Shown piece by piece: positions 52,889 through 64,000 of a stretch of 64,000 nucleotides of DNA. Location of the stretch: assembly GCA_951406725.2 (NCBI GenBank), contig OX597824.1, forward strand, positions 8,246,001 through 8,310,000, written 5' to 3'. Under the pieces are notes generated by a model. The model was not told the DNA's origin, did not search any database, and saw nothing but the letters and a program-made list of their open reading frames with translations. The position numbers and the translations under genes were made by a program. Position 1 is the stretch's first letter. Every line of letters begins with the position of its first letter. This DNA comes from Octopus vulgaris (Eukaryota).

Positions 52889-53350
52889 CCCTTTAGCACT
52901 TAAACCAGCCATATCTGGCCCAAAATATTCTACCTGTTTTACATGCAAACTGACTAGATCCAGCCTCTCACACCTACCCTACAATATCTATTTCTTTACT
53001 ACCCACAAGAGGCTAAATACAGAGGAGACAAACAAGGACAGACAAATGGATTAAGTCGATTACATCGACCCCAGTGCGTAACTGGTACTTAATTTATCGA
53101 ACCCGAAACGATGAAAGGCAAAGTCGACCTCGGCGGAATTTGAACTCGGAATGTAACAGCAGACGAAATACCGCTAAGCGTTTTGCCCGGCGTGCTAACG
53201 TTTCTACCAGCTCGCTGCCTACCCTACAATATCATTCAGAAAATAAACAAGCACATCGAAGAAATGCCAAAGCTACACGATAACACGTAATTCAAAGCAA
53301 TGTGAATAAATAAGAATTACATTTGACGGAGTAATCTCAGTGTTAAAGGG
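52889..53350. mobile_element. TTAA-type MITE family F containing a full SINE B (52989-53217, minus)
   Basis: TTAA|ccctttagca ... tgttaaaggg|TTAA. SINE flanked by TSD cctaccctacaatatc. Confidence 0.85.
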
Positions 53351-53477
53351 TTAAGCAGAATACGCACATGCTTAGGGCATCGAGGGGAGGATGGAACCAT
53401 GGAAATGGTAAATGGTTTAAGGTACAAATGAAATCGCTTTAGACTTGGTAAAATAATATTCAAAATGGTTTATATTA

Positions 53478-53833
53478 CTCTTTTACTTGTTTCAGTCATT
53501 TGACTGTGGCTATGCTGGAGCACCACCTTTAATCGAGCAACTCGACCCCGGAACTTATTCTTTGTAAGCCTAGTACTTATTCTATCGGTTGTCAAGCGAT
53601 GTTGGGGGGAGAAACACAGACACACAAACATACACACACACACACACATATATATATATACATATATACACGATGGGCTTCTTTCAGTTTCCGTCTACCA
53701 AATCCACTCACAAGGCTTTGGTCGGCCCGAAGCTATAGTTGAAGACACTTGCCCAAGGTGCCACGCAGTGGGACTGAACCCAGAACCATGTGGTTGGTAA
53801 GGAAGCTACTTACCGTACATCCACTCCTACGCC
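53478..53833 (-). mobile_element. tRNA-SINE family A
   Basis: Head, (CA/TA)n and tail present; internal deletion. Confidence 0.85.
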
Positions 53834-54046
53834 TATGATTGGAAATATAATTTTGAAGTGTTCCTGGTGTCATAGTGAAGATCAAAAACTTTGCAATTAA
53901 AAAATGTAGGAGAAAACTTTTCAAATATAAAACAAAGTGGAAAAAAGACAAAAATAAACATTAATTTCCCTCTTACTGTTTTGTTTCGTTTTGAAAAATA
54001 AAAATTTATTTTATGGTTTGTTAATGTTTATATTTTGAATTACACA

Positions 54047-54140
54047 TACAGTAATCCCTCAACTATTGCAGGTGTTACTTCCCAAAAACTCCTGCAATAG
54101 GTGAAAACCCTGTGATATGGGAAAAACAGTACTGTACTGT
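54047..54140 (+). mobile_element. probable Tc1/pogo-type transposon end
   Basis: TA|CAGTAATCCCTC... terminus typical of pogo/Tigger TIRs. Partner end not found. Confidence 0.4.
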
Positions 54141-54550
54141 ATAGTTTTTAAAATTATTTTAATAATTTGCATAAATTTGTTTTTTATGTTTTTGTTTCCC
54201 ATTGTGTTCAACGTTTTTTTGATGTCCTGTACCCATAGATGCATGTATATAGGTATGTACATATATGCATTTATATATTATTTATATTATATATGTATAT
54301 ATATACACACACGTGGAGGCGCAATGGCCCAATGGTTAGGGCAGCGGACTCGGTTAGGGGGTGGTGATCCCTGCTGTACTCTTTCACCACTCTTTCTTCT
54401 GTTGGCCTGCTCACTTAGCCAGTGGGGTGGCATCATTCGAAGGCTAAAAAACAATGTGAACGCATTGTGACCAGCGATGTGTAACAACATCAGATGGTCT
54501 GGTCGGTCACGTGATCACGTGATATATACACACACACACATAGACACACG

Positions 54551-54588
<38 letters not shown>

Positions 54589-55276
54589 TCACACACACAC
54601 ACACACATATATATAAAAAGTAAAAATTCTTTAAGAATTGTGGCTGTGTCGTAAGAAGCTTGCTTCCTATTCACATGGTTCCAGGTGAATAGGAAGCAAA
54701 ACAACACCCCACCCTCGCCTCCTGAGTTTTGTTTTCCATAAAAAGTATGTGCAATTCTTTGTTTACTCATCTACGGTACCCTACGTATTTTTTAGAAATA
54801 TATTTTAATTAACATGTTATATAGTGTAGTACTGTACTTAATATTACTTAATATTACAATATTACTTAAAAATGATTAAAGGTGATATCTTGGCATTCAA
54901 AGGTCAAAGGTTGAGTCACAATCAGATTATAGAACATGCCTACCAAGATAACTACACCACCCGTGTCTACAGTGTGCACTTAGTCTTTTCCTCGTGAGCA
55001 ATTATGTGCAGTTTGTGAATTAGGACACTGGTGTTGTCTTTGTTATGATTGCAGTTTCACATCTGGATGTTGACAACAACAGACATGACCGTTTGCCCTC
55101 AAATAGACATATCCAGCTTTGATTGGAAGCTACTTGAACTCTGGAACCTTGCGATTAGATTCCCTGTAAGCAGTGCAGGAAGTTCTTGGAGAGCCCTGAA
55201 TCATCATCAGAAATGCATTTTCCCTCAAAACTTCTTTTACAATCTGACAAGCTCCCATGCCATGAACATTCATCAC

Positions 55277-55476
55277 CCAAAAGCCACAGGGATTTCTGTG
55301 ATCCCAACAGTATCGTCCAAAAGCCACAGGGATTTCTGTGGTTCTAACAGAATCGTTCAAAAGCCACAGGATTTTCTGTGGTTCTAACAGAATCATCCAA
55401 AAGCCACAGAGATTTCTGTGATTCTAACAGCATCATCCAAAAGCCACAGGATTTCCTGTGAATCTAACAGTATCGT
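55277..55476. repeat. 40-bp minisatellite, 5 copies
   Basis: Unit ccaaaagccacagggatttctgtgattctaacagtatcgt starting at 55277, 55317, 55357, 55397 and 55437. Confidence 0.95.
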
Positions 55477-55723
55477 TCTTTATTTATGAATGGGTTACAC
55501 ATTTATAGGTGTACTTTCAATGTACATGATGTACAGTAACCAATATGTTAATAAGGGTACAAGCATGGTTGTGTGGTCAAGAAGGTCCCTATGGAACTAT
55601 TTTGTTTTGAGTTCAATTCCTCTCCAGGGCACCTCGAGCAAATATTTTTTTTATCATAGTCATTTGCTTAACCAAAGCCTTATGAGTGAAACATGATTGA
55701 TAGAAACCATGTGGAAGGATAGG

Positions 55724-55953
55724 GTGGCGAGCTGGCAGAATCGTTAGCATGCCGGGTGAAATGCTTAGCAGTATTTCGTCTGCTATTACATTCTGAGTTC
55801 AAATTCCGCCGAGGTCGACTTTGCCTTTCATCCTTTCGGGGTCAATAAATTAAGTACCAGTTACGCACTGGGGTCGATATAATCGACTTAATCCCTTTGT
55901 CTGTCCTTGTTTGTCCCCTCAGTGCTTAGCCCCTTGTGGGCAGTAAAGAAATA
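55724..55953 (+). mobile_element. tRNA-SINE family B, full length
   Basis: ggcgagctggcagaatcgttagc...aaagaaatagg; flanks aggatag/aggatag. Confidence 0.88.
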
Positions 55954-56695
55954 GGATAGCACCCTTCATCAGCCACCAACTGGTAGTCACTATTATTTCA
56001 GCACTCACTAACTTTATTGTTTCCTCTAGTGATACTCAAAACTTGTTGATGCTACCACGGAATGTCCAGGTTCTTTTGGCTCACATTCTAACACGCTTTT
56101 TCACCCTGTCATCGGTGCAGCCAACCCTACACCAAACCAGGTGCAGCTGCAACAACTCCAAACATGCAATGTTACCATAATTACATTTAATAGAATCAAC
56201 ATAGATTGAACAGAATAGAAGAGAATCGGGTGACTAGTATTAAAAGTAAACTCAGTGTTTATTATAGGTTAATTCTAATGAACTAATAATATTTGTGGTT
56301 GAACTAAGAACCTCATTAGACAGTCGCAGGACCATATAGTGGCAGACTGCCATGGATGGCTGAATTATAAAGAAAAAAAAAATAGAGTAGCAAATATGGA
56401 GAGAAAAAAAAAAGGAGACTTGGATAATGAAATATTATTTGAGGTTTGGCAAAGAACTTGGGATGGCAGGTGTATTTAATAAGGAATAATATGAATAGAA
56501 TAACAGAGGAAAGTAGGTGAAATATGGGTGGAAGGTATTTAAGTGTCGATGTATATAGATCTGAAAATATGAAACAAAAAATGTATATATATATATATAT
56601 ATAACATATGGGAGGAGGAAAAAATAAACGAAAAAAACCAAAAAACTAGGGTATAGTGATGAAGCAGACACACTTAGTGACAATGAAACAACATA

Positions 56696-57490
56696 AGGTG
56701 TGGTGGGTGATGTAGTAGTAGTGGTGGTGGTGGTGGTGGTGTGGTGGTGGTGGTAGTGGTGGTGGTGGTAGGGTGGAAGGATTAAAAAACGTGATGGTAA
56801 TAGTTGTGGTGGTGGTGGTGTGGTGGTGGTGGTGGTGGTGGTGGCGATTGTTATTATTATCATCATCATTGGTGTTGTTGTTGTAGTAGCAGTAGTAGTG
56901 GTGGTGGTGGCGGTGGTTGTGGTGGTGGTGGTGGTGGTGGTGGTGAAGGATTAAAAAACGTTGTATTGGTGGTGGTGGTGGTAGGGTGGAAGGATTAAAA
57001 AACGTGATGGTAATAGTTGTGGTGGTGGTGGTGGTGGTAATTGTTATTATTATCATCATCATTGGTGTGGCTGTTGTAGTAGCAGTAGTAGTGGTTGTGG
57101 TTGCGGCAGTGGTGGTGGTCATCATCATTTTCATTGTCGTTGTAGCAGTAGTTGTAATAGTGGTATCTAATGCAGTAGTAGTATAGGTGGTGGTGGTAGT
57201 AGTAGTAGTAGTAGTTATAGTAATATTGGTGGCGGTGTTGGTAGTAGTAGTAGTAGTAGTTAAAGCACTAGTAGTATTAGTGATGGTGGTGTGGTGGTGG
57301 TGGTGGTAGTAGTAGTTGTAGTAGTAGTAGTAGTAGTAGTTAATGCAGTAGTATTATTGGTGGTGGTAGTGGTGGTGGTGCTGCTGCTGATGATGATGAG
57401 GATGATGACGATGATGATGATGATAGTGTTGATAGTGGTGATGATGGTGGTGGTGGTGGTGGTGGTGGTGGTGGTGGTGGTGGTGGTGAT
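56696..57490. repeat. (GGT/GTA/GAT)n low-complexity tract with higher-order unit
   Basis: Anchor gaaggattaaaaaacgt recurs near 56776, 56945 and 56988. Confidence 0.9.
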
Positions 57491-57916
57491 GTCAGAGATG
57501 GTCCCCGTGTCTGAAATGTTGACAAAATCACAATATATGTCTTTGTTAATGGTTTTCTTTCTTCTCTTTCCTAAAGTTTTACTTCCATAAGAGACTAAAC
57601 AAATCTTCAGACTGCCTTTGAAACGGTTTTGGCAGTTCTGCATCCGTAAGGAACCACAAAGACGGAAGAGAAAATTTCGTTTTCACCAAGATGTTGTTTA
57701 GACCAAATTTTCTTAAGAGATTGGGGTTTCTTCAGAAGAATCTACTAGAGTAGATGCAAGCTCTAATATATGATTTATAAAAACATGTGACATATTTATA
57801 AAAATCTGTAAATGTACAACCATCCAGATTTCTGAGTACCTTATTTTATTCTAATATATAATACCTGTACATCACCTCAAAACCTTCTAACACACACACA
57901 CACACATATATATATA

Positions 57917-58328
57917 CTCTTTACTCTTTTACTCTTTTACTTGTTTCAGTCATTTGACTGCGGCCATGCTGGAGCACCGCCTTTAATCGAGCAACTCGAC
58001 CCCGGGACTTATTCTTTGTAAGCCCAGTACTTATTCTATCGGTCTCTTTTTGCCGAACCATTAAGTGACGGGGACATAAACACACCAGCATCGGTTGTCA
58101 AGCAATGCTAGGGGGACAAACACAAACATACACGCACACACACATATACATATATATATATATATACATATATACGACGGGCTTCTTTCAGTTTCCGTCT
58201 ACCAAATCTACTCACAAGGCTTTGGTCGGTCCGAGGCTATAGTAGAAGACACTTGCCCAAGGTGCCACGCAGTGGGACTGAACCCGGAACCATGTGGTTG
58301 GTAAACAAGCTACTTACCACACAGCCAC
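57917..58328 (-). mobile_element. tRNA-SINE family A, full length
   Basis: (cttttact)n tail, complete body and head. Confidence 0.9.
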
Positions 58329-58441
58329 AGCCACAGTATATATATATACTGTGAAAATAATAAGGGTAGAAAATTTAGAAAAATTTTCATACCAGTGGTT
58401 AGCATGTGTAATAAAGTCAATAGATAACAGGTTTTCTTATA

Positions 58442-58908
58442 TAATAGTATATAAACAATTTACATATTTATACATGAAAGAAGTGACCTTTGACGGGACA
58501 CCTTACATGCTAGAGGGGGTAGTTAAATACCAAAGTTTTCAAAACCTTTCTGGTATGCAGTTTTGATTTTTTTTATTATAAGCTGTCGAATGTAACTGTG
58601 CCTTGCATGATGGATTTGAAAATTATAATGTATAAGTATGTAGCACGTGTATTTTTGGTGCTCTTTGCTGCATAAATATGCATTAATTTTAGCACCCTCA
58701 CTGAAGAAGTACAGATGGCAAATTAATTCATTTGTACATTGATACAGAAACTCGAGCTTGAGGGTAACTACAAAAATATCTTTTATTTTCATTCCCTTTG
58801 AAATTGCTCTTATTCATGGTTTGGGCTTTGTCCCTTCTAGCATGTAAATTGTTCTGTCAAAGGTCACCTCTTTTGTGTATAAATACATAAATTGTTTATA
58901 CACTATTA
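58442..58908. mobile_element. MITE with ~78-bp imperfect TIRs
   Basis: taatagtatataaacaattt...gtgacctttgac...tacatgctaga vs tctagcatgta...gtcaaaggtcac...aaattgtttatacactatta. Confidence 0.7.
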
Positions 58909-58920
58909 CACACACACACA

Positions 58921-59117
58921 TATATAAATTAGAAAAAAACACCTTGTATCAATTCAAAATGAAAAATTAAATTACACCATCTAGAAAATTACATATAATA
59001 TCTTATATATCTTATATTTAATATATTTAATATTTCTATTATATGTAATTTTCTAGATGGTGTAATTTAATTTTTCATTTTGAATTGATAAAAGGTGGTC
59101 TTTTTCTAATTTATATA
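58921..59117. repeat. AT-rich fold-back with ~80-bp arms
   Basis: 58921-59000 is nearly the exact reverse complement of 59037-59117. Confidence 0.85.
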
Positions 59118-60412
59118 TATATTATATGTTGTGAAATTTGATTTAGTATTTCTAAATTGAATTTTTCCCTGTAAGTTTGGAATAATATTCCCTCAAATTA
59201 TTATTATTATTATATATATACATGATGAGATTTCTATAGTTTCATCATCATCGTTTAACGTCCGTTCTCCATGCTAGCATGGGTTGGATGGTTCGACTGG
59301 GGATCTGGGAAGCCAGAAGGCTGCACCAGGCTCCAGTCTTATCTGGCAATGTTTCTACAGCTGGATGCCCTTCCTAACGCCAACTACTCCGTGAGTGTAG
59401 TGGGTGCTTTTTACGTGCCACCTGCACAGGTGCCAGGCGAGGCTGGCAACGGCCACGGTCGGATTGGTGCATTTTACGTGCCACACCAAGGGACTATTCA
59501 TCAGTTGAAGACTGTAATAAAGAGATGACATTTGCCTGAGGTGACATACGGTAGGATTGAACTCAAAACCTAGTTGTTGCAAAGCAAACTTCTTAACCAC
59601 ACAGCCATGCCTGCTTCTGTATATCTGCATGTCAGAGTTATCCTTGAATAATCAGAGGCTCATTCGAGGAGCGCTCCGTGCGTCATGTTTATTCAAGAAG
59701 AACTAATCAAGGTTAATCTTCAACAATGACAACAACAACAGTAGCAACAACAGTAGCAACAACAACAACAACAACCACACCCACAACATTTTTCAACTAT
59801 GGAAGAACTAGGACGGATGTACGGACGTAGAGAGAGAGAGAAGAATAGTAAATGTACTTGAATCGGATAATGAAGATGGTTAAGTGAGTCATCAGTTTAG
59901 GTTGAATGGAAAGAGAATAAAGAGGTCTTTCATCCTGCATTTGTACCGGAACAATAAAAGACGGTGGAGACAACAGATTGTGAGAGAAGACGCTACACAA
60001 GAAGCATAAGTATTATTTAGAATCTCTGGTCAGTCTTGATTTAAAGACAACAACACTTAATATAAGACATATTGAAATGGATGTATTTTTAAGTCTTACA
60101 AATGGAGCAATATCGAATACTCAAGCAGCTAGAAATAGTAGCCAGATCATGTCCATACCATGCTCATATAATGTCCTGTTATCTTAGGGCTGTTATGAGC
60201 ACCTATGATTCCCAAGGTCAGAGTTTAACTCATTTTCCATGGTGTACTGGGAAGTGAGATTACGATACTCCCACCCTATGCTCTGGAATGGGATGCCAGT
60301 CTATTGCAGGGTTAACTCTCTTGCTATTGTTGGGATTCATATACAGCTGAGTGGAGTGAAGTGTTTTGCTCAAGAACACAATGCACTGCCTGGTCCAGGA
60401 ACTGAAACCATG

Positions 60413-61068
60413 GTTAGTTAGTTAGTTAGTTAATTTTTTGGCTCAAAATGCAAAAAGCAAGGCCATGTAGGGGGACATGGAGTTATGTACAGGGTGGTGT
60501 TCATGTAAAGAGTTCAGGCCACTTGTGGTCAAGGAGAGACTTTGAACTGAGCGGTCGTCGGCATCTTCACCATTTCGTCTGGCAGCTTATTCCACAGATC
60601 TGCAACCCAGACGGAGAAAGCCCCTCTCCTTCGATTGAGACGAAATCGTCGCAGATAGAGCTTTTCGGAGTGACCCCGCAGCTGACACTCTGGAGCAGGA
60701 GTGAAGAACATTTTCCGCTTATGATGTTGTGAGCAAGAATGAGATCACCACGGCGTCGTCGTTTTTCTAGAGAATAAAGGTCGAGCGTCTTCAGCCTTTC
60801 TTCATAAGACAAATTCTTGAGACCAAGAACCATGCGGGTAGCCAGCTTCTGGACTCTTTCGAGATGATGTATGTCTTTGAGGAGATAAGGAGAAGAGGCT
60901 TGTATCCCGTACTCCAATATGGGTCTCACCAGCGTGACATAGAGCGGTAGGAATATGGCTGCTGTGAGCATTCTGAATGACCGTCGAATCAAGAACAGAA
61001 CTCCACGTGCTTTGTTGGCAGCACGGACGCACTGGGCCAAAGGCGAAAAGGAGGAATCCACCAAGATC
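60413..61068 (-). mobile_element. CR1-clade LINE 3' fragment inserted in an older SINE
   Basis: LYVTLVRPILEYG...SPYLLKDIHHLERVQKLATR...LSYEERLKTLDLYSLEKRRRRGDLI, then after a frameshift LRGHSEKL...AFS.WV..LWNKLP, and an (AACT)n tail. Host SINE halves at about 60235-60412 and 61069-61112. Confidence 0.92.
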
Positions 61069-62400
61069 ATACAATCATAAGTGCAACATCCTAACCACTA
61101 AGCCATCTGCCTGCCATCTTAAATAAGAAAATTACTATTTTGAAATCTCACAACGAGATCAGTGACTAGTTGTCACTTTGAAAACTATATATTTCGAACG
61201 GGAATTTGGCAGCGCCACCTCTAGCTGAGCAATTATTCTGTGCTGATGAAGGGAAATAACCTGGAAATCATGATACACAGATATTGATTTGAGCTGAGTT
61301 GGGGTGCTAGATTCCCTTGTTTGAAAATATAAGGACATAGATTGAGTCATATAGCCAGCTGGAGACGATGTCTCCTGGGGCTAAATTACAGCAACATTCG
61401 TCCTAAACCAGGACTGCCATGTTATGTTGGCAAACAATCTTCACTACAAAAAGAGTTAAAATCAGCTGAGAAATTTCAAGTGATTAATGTCATGCTGTGA
61501 TTGAAATGGAAAGTAATTTTCTAAGTGAATGCATTTTAATAATTATTTCTAATTTAGACAAAAGATGACGAGCTGGCATAGTCATTAGTATGTTGGATAA
61601 ACATGCTTGGCAGTATTTCTTTGGTCTCTTTATGTTCTGAGTTCAAATTCTGCCACAGTTAGCTTTGCTTTTCCTCCATTTGGGGGTCAATAAAATAAAG
61701 TACCAGTCAAGTACTGAGGTTGATGTATTTGACTTGCCCTGTCTCTTGAAAATGGTTCACCTGGAACCCTGCAACTGGCTGATGTCCCATTCAAAGAAAT
61801 GGTGTGATCTCAGTCATTTATATGCTATAGAAACCAGGTAACTGATCTAGAGAGACTTAGGGCTCAAATAAGAAAAATTAAAACAAGAAAAGCAGACTGG
61901 AGTTAGTGGAGCAACAGCACACAGGTAGACGAAAAATGTCGCTGGAGAGGTCACAGGTGTGTGTCGAAAGATTTCCGGACAATGGACATAAGTTAGAATA
62001 AGAACAGTAATAAATAAGATTGAACAGAATGGAAGAGATCAATGAATGTATAACCTTATAGCTATGACCATCCTATTTTTATACTTCTCATTTTTCAGAC
62101 ACAAGGTACCTAATACTAAATTATTCAAGCACAGGGTATGGCTTGAGGGAGATTTAGTTACTGATTGAAGCAGACCAGCTCCCTCATTGGTTCATTCTAA
62201 GCCTAAGGGTCAGTTAATGGTGTGAACTGATCACCGTGTAAAAGCTAAACAAAGGAAGGTTGCAAGCCAATTAGGGAATCCCTGTGTGGTTGTTTGACCT
62301 GCTAAAAAACCCAGCTAAATTTCCTTCAAATCACACCTCCCAATTCAAAAGGAACATGTCAATTAATGTGGTTCTGTTTATATTGCATATCTTCTTCTTC

Positions 62401-62960
62401 ATCATCATTATCATCATCATCATCGCTTAACATCTGCTTTCCATGCTAGCATGGGTTGGACGATTTTGACTGAGGGCTGGCGAACCAGATGGCTGCACCA
62501 AGCTCCAATCTTGATCTGGCAGAGTTTCTACAGCTTGATGCCCTTCCTAACGCCAACCACTTCGAGAGTGTAGTGGGTGCCTTTTACGTGCCACCGGCAT
62601 GAGGGCCAGTCAGGCGGTACTGGCAATGACCTCGCTCGAATCTTTTTACACATGCCACCTGCACAGGTGCCAGTAAGCCGACGTTGGTAATGATCATGCT
62701 CGAATGGTGCCCTTTTACGTGCCACTGGCATGGAAGCTAGTTGGCTGCTCTGGCAACAATCACGCTCGGATGGTGCTCTTGGCACCCTACTAGCACGGGG
62801 CACAAGTGCCAGTAAGGCGACGCTGGTAACGATTACTCTCAAATGGTGCCCTTTTATGTGCCACTGGCACAGAAGCCGGTTAGCCGCTCTGTCAATGATC
62901 ATGCTCGTATGGTGCTCTTTGCACCCCACTAGCACGGATGCCAATAATCGAATTTGATTT
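62401..62960 (-). mobile_element. RTE LINE 3'UTR with internal tandem subrepeats
   Basis: (cat)n tail, conserved core, repeated tggtgcccttttacgtgccac units. Flanks share gaacatgtcaattaa.gtggttctgttta (62352 / 62962). Confidence 0.8.
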
Positions 62961-63445
62961 TGAACATGTCAATTAAAGTGGTTCTGTTTACCTTGCATAT
63001 AGAATACAAAAAAGATGAGATGGTCATGGTTGGAACGCCTTTGATCATAGATCTGCTTGATCATTGATGACCTGGCATTAAACAACAACAACAACAACAA
63101 CAACAGCAACAGCTAATAAAGCGAAAACTAAAAGCCAAGAAAGCATTATTAACATGTCCGAATGTTCTCGTGGCACATCAAAAAGATTACCAGATGTAAA
63201 CGTGTGATAAATTGTGATTAAATGTACAATGCATCTTTGATAGGTTGAGAGATACTCTGGATTTGTATAAAAGAGATTATGATTCAAATGGTATTTTGTG
63301 TCAGAAGTCTGTGTGAAAAGCTCGTATGATCAATCTATGAAGGAAGAATTTCTACAGAATGGTAAACAAAGAGAAATGTGAATCTAAGTGAAATTTGGTT
63401 GGAAATGTAGCGTTCTTGTAAAGTTAAATCATAGTACAAAGTAGT

Positions 63446-63454
63446 GAGAGAGAT

Positions 63455-63529
<75 letters not shown>

Positions 63530-63578
63530 GAGACAGAGAGAGGGAGAAAGAGAGAGAGAGAGAAAGAGAGAGAGAGAA

Positions 63579-63611
<33 letters not shown>

Positions 63612-63680
63612 AAGAGAGAGGGAGAGAGAGAAAGAGAGAGAGGGAACGAGAAAGAGAAAGAGAGAGAGAGAGAGAGGGAG
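63446..63680. repeat. (GA)n microsatellite
   Basis: Directly visible. Confidence 0.95.
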
Positions 63681-63897
63681 AACTTTTGGTTAAAGCTGAA
63701 GACATTGACTGGCATTCATGAAAGATTGGTAGCATCTAAGGAATGTTCTTGTGATTGGAAGAATTAGCGGCTTAAAGTGAATATACGATACATTTGTGAT
63801 ACGACCAATGAACATTCCACGGTACAACTGAAATATCTTGCTGACTACGATGCAAATAAACATCATATTGACTCTGTCTTACATCCGTAATTTACAG

Positions 63898-64000
63898 ACT
63901 TGGTTGTGTGGTTAAGTGGTTAAGAAGTTTGCTTTGCAATCACAAGGTTTTTGGTTCAATCCTTCCACACAGCAATTTGGGGAAATGTCTTCTTATATAG
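63898..64000 (+). mobile_element. tRNA-SINE family A head, cut by window edge
   Basis: gtggttaagaagtttgct...ggttcaatcc...gggaaatgtcttct. Confidence 0.6.

Noticed and set aside
55277-55476. CRISPR-like array of hairpin repeats
   Set aside because: Units are contiguous with no unique spacers, there are no cas genes, and the context is eukaryotic.
56435-57643. Poly-Thr/Val/His/Pro ORFs (mucin-like)
   Set aside because: Low-complexity trinucleotide tract open in several frames on both strands; the adjacent unique sequence has stops.
63335-63767. RE-repeat / SL-repeat ORFs
   Set aside because: (GA)n microsatellite.

Overview
Eukaryotic, AT-rich, repeat-dense genomic DNA. The tRNA-SINE, RTE, Penelope and microsatellite repertoire points to a coleoid cephalopod, most likely Octopus (inference). 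The only recognisable host gene is the 5' end of an SR-protein kinase (SRPK1/2-like) on the minus strand. Coding exon 1 (44012-44036) and exon 2 (40699-40768) splice to MSSKIPRKALALQARKKRTKAKARFKEEKKRS, and intron 2 apparently runs past the left edge (>40 kb). The rest is transposon debris: several tRNA-derived SINE families, RTE and CR1 LINE ends, Penelope-like (PLE) fragments carrying minimal hammerhead ribozyme motifs, non-autonomous Helitrons, TTAA (piggyBac-type) and other MITEs, and long micro/minisatellites. These repeats explain nearly all ORFs in the supplied track. Highlights: (1) a PLE 3' region joining a tRNA-like Pol III promoter to a hammerhead, also present as a stand-alone SINE-like unit; (2) SINE concatemers inside single target-site duplications, joined at a self-complementary junction; (3) an in-frame uORF separated from the SRPK start by one UAG; (4) several fold-back hairpins in the SRPK intron. 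Repeat coordinates were read by eye and are approximate.
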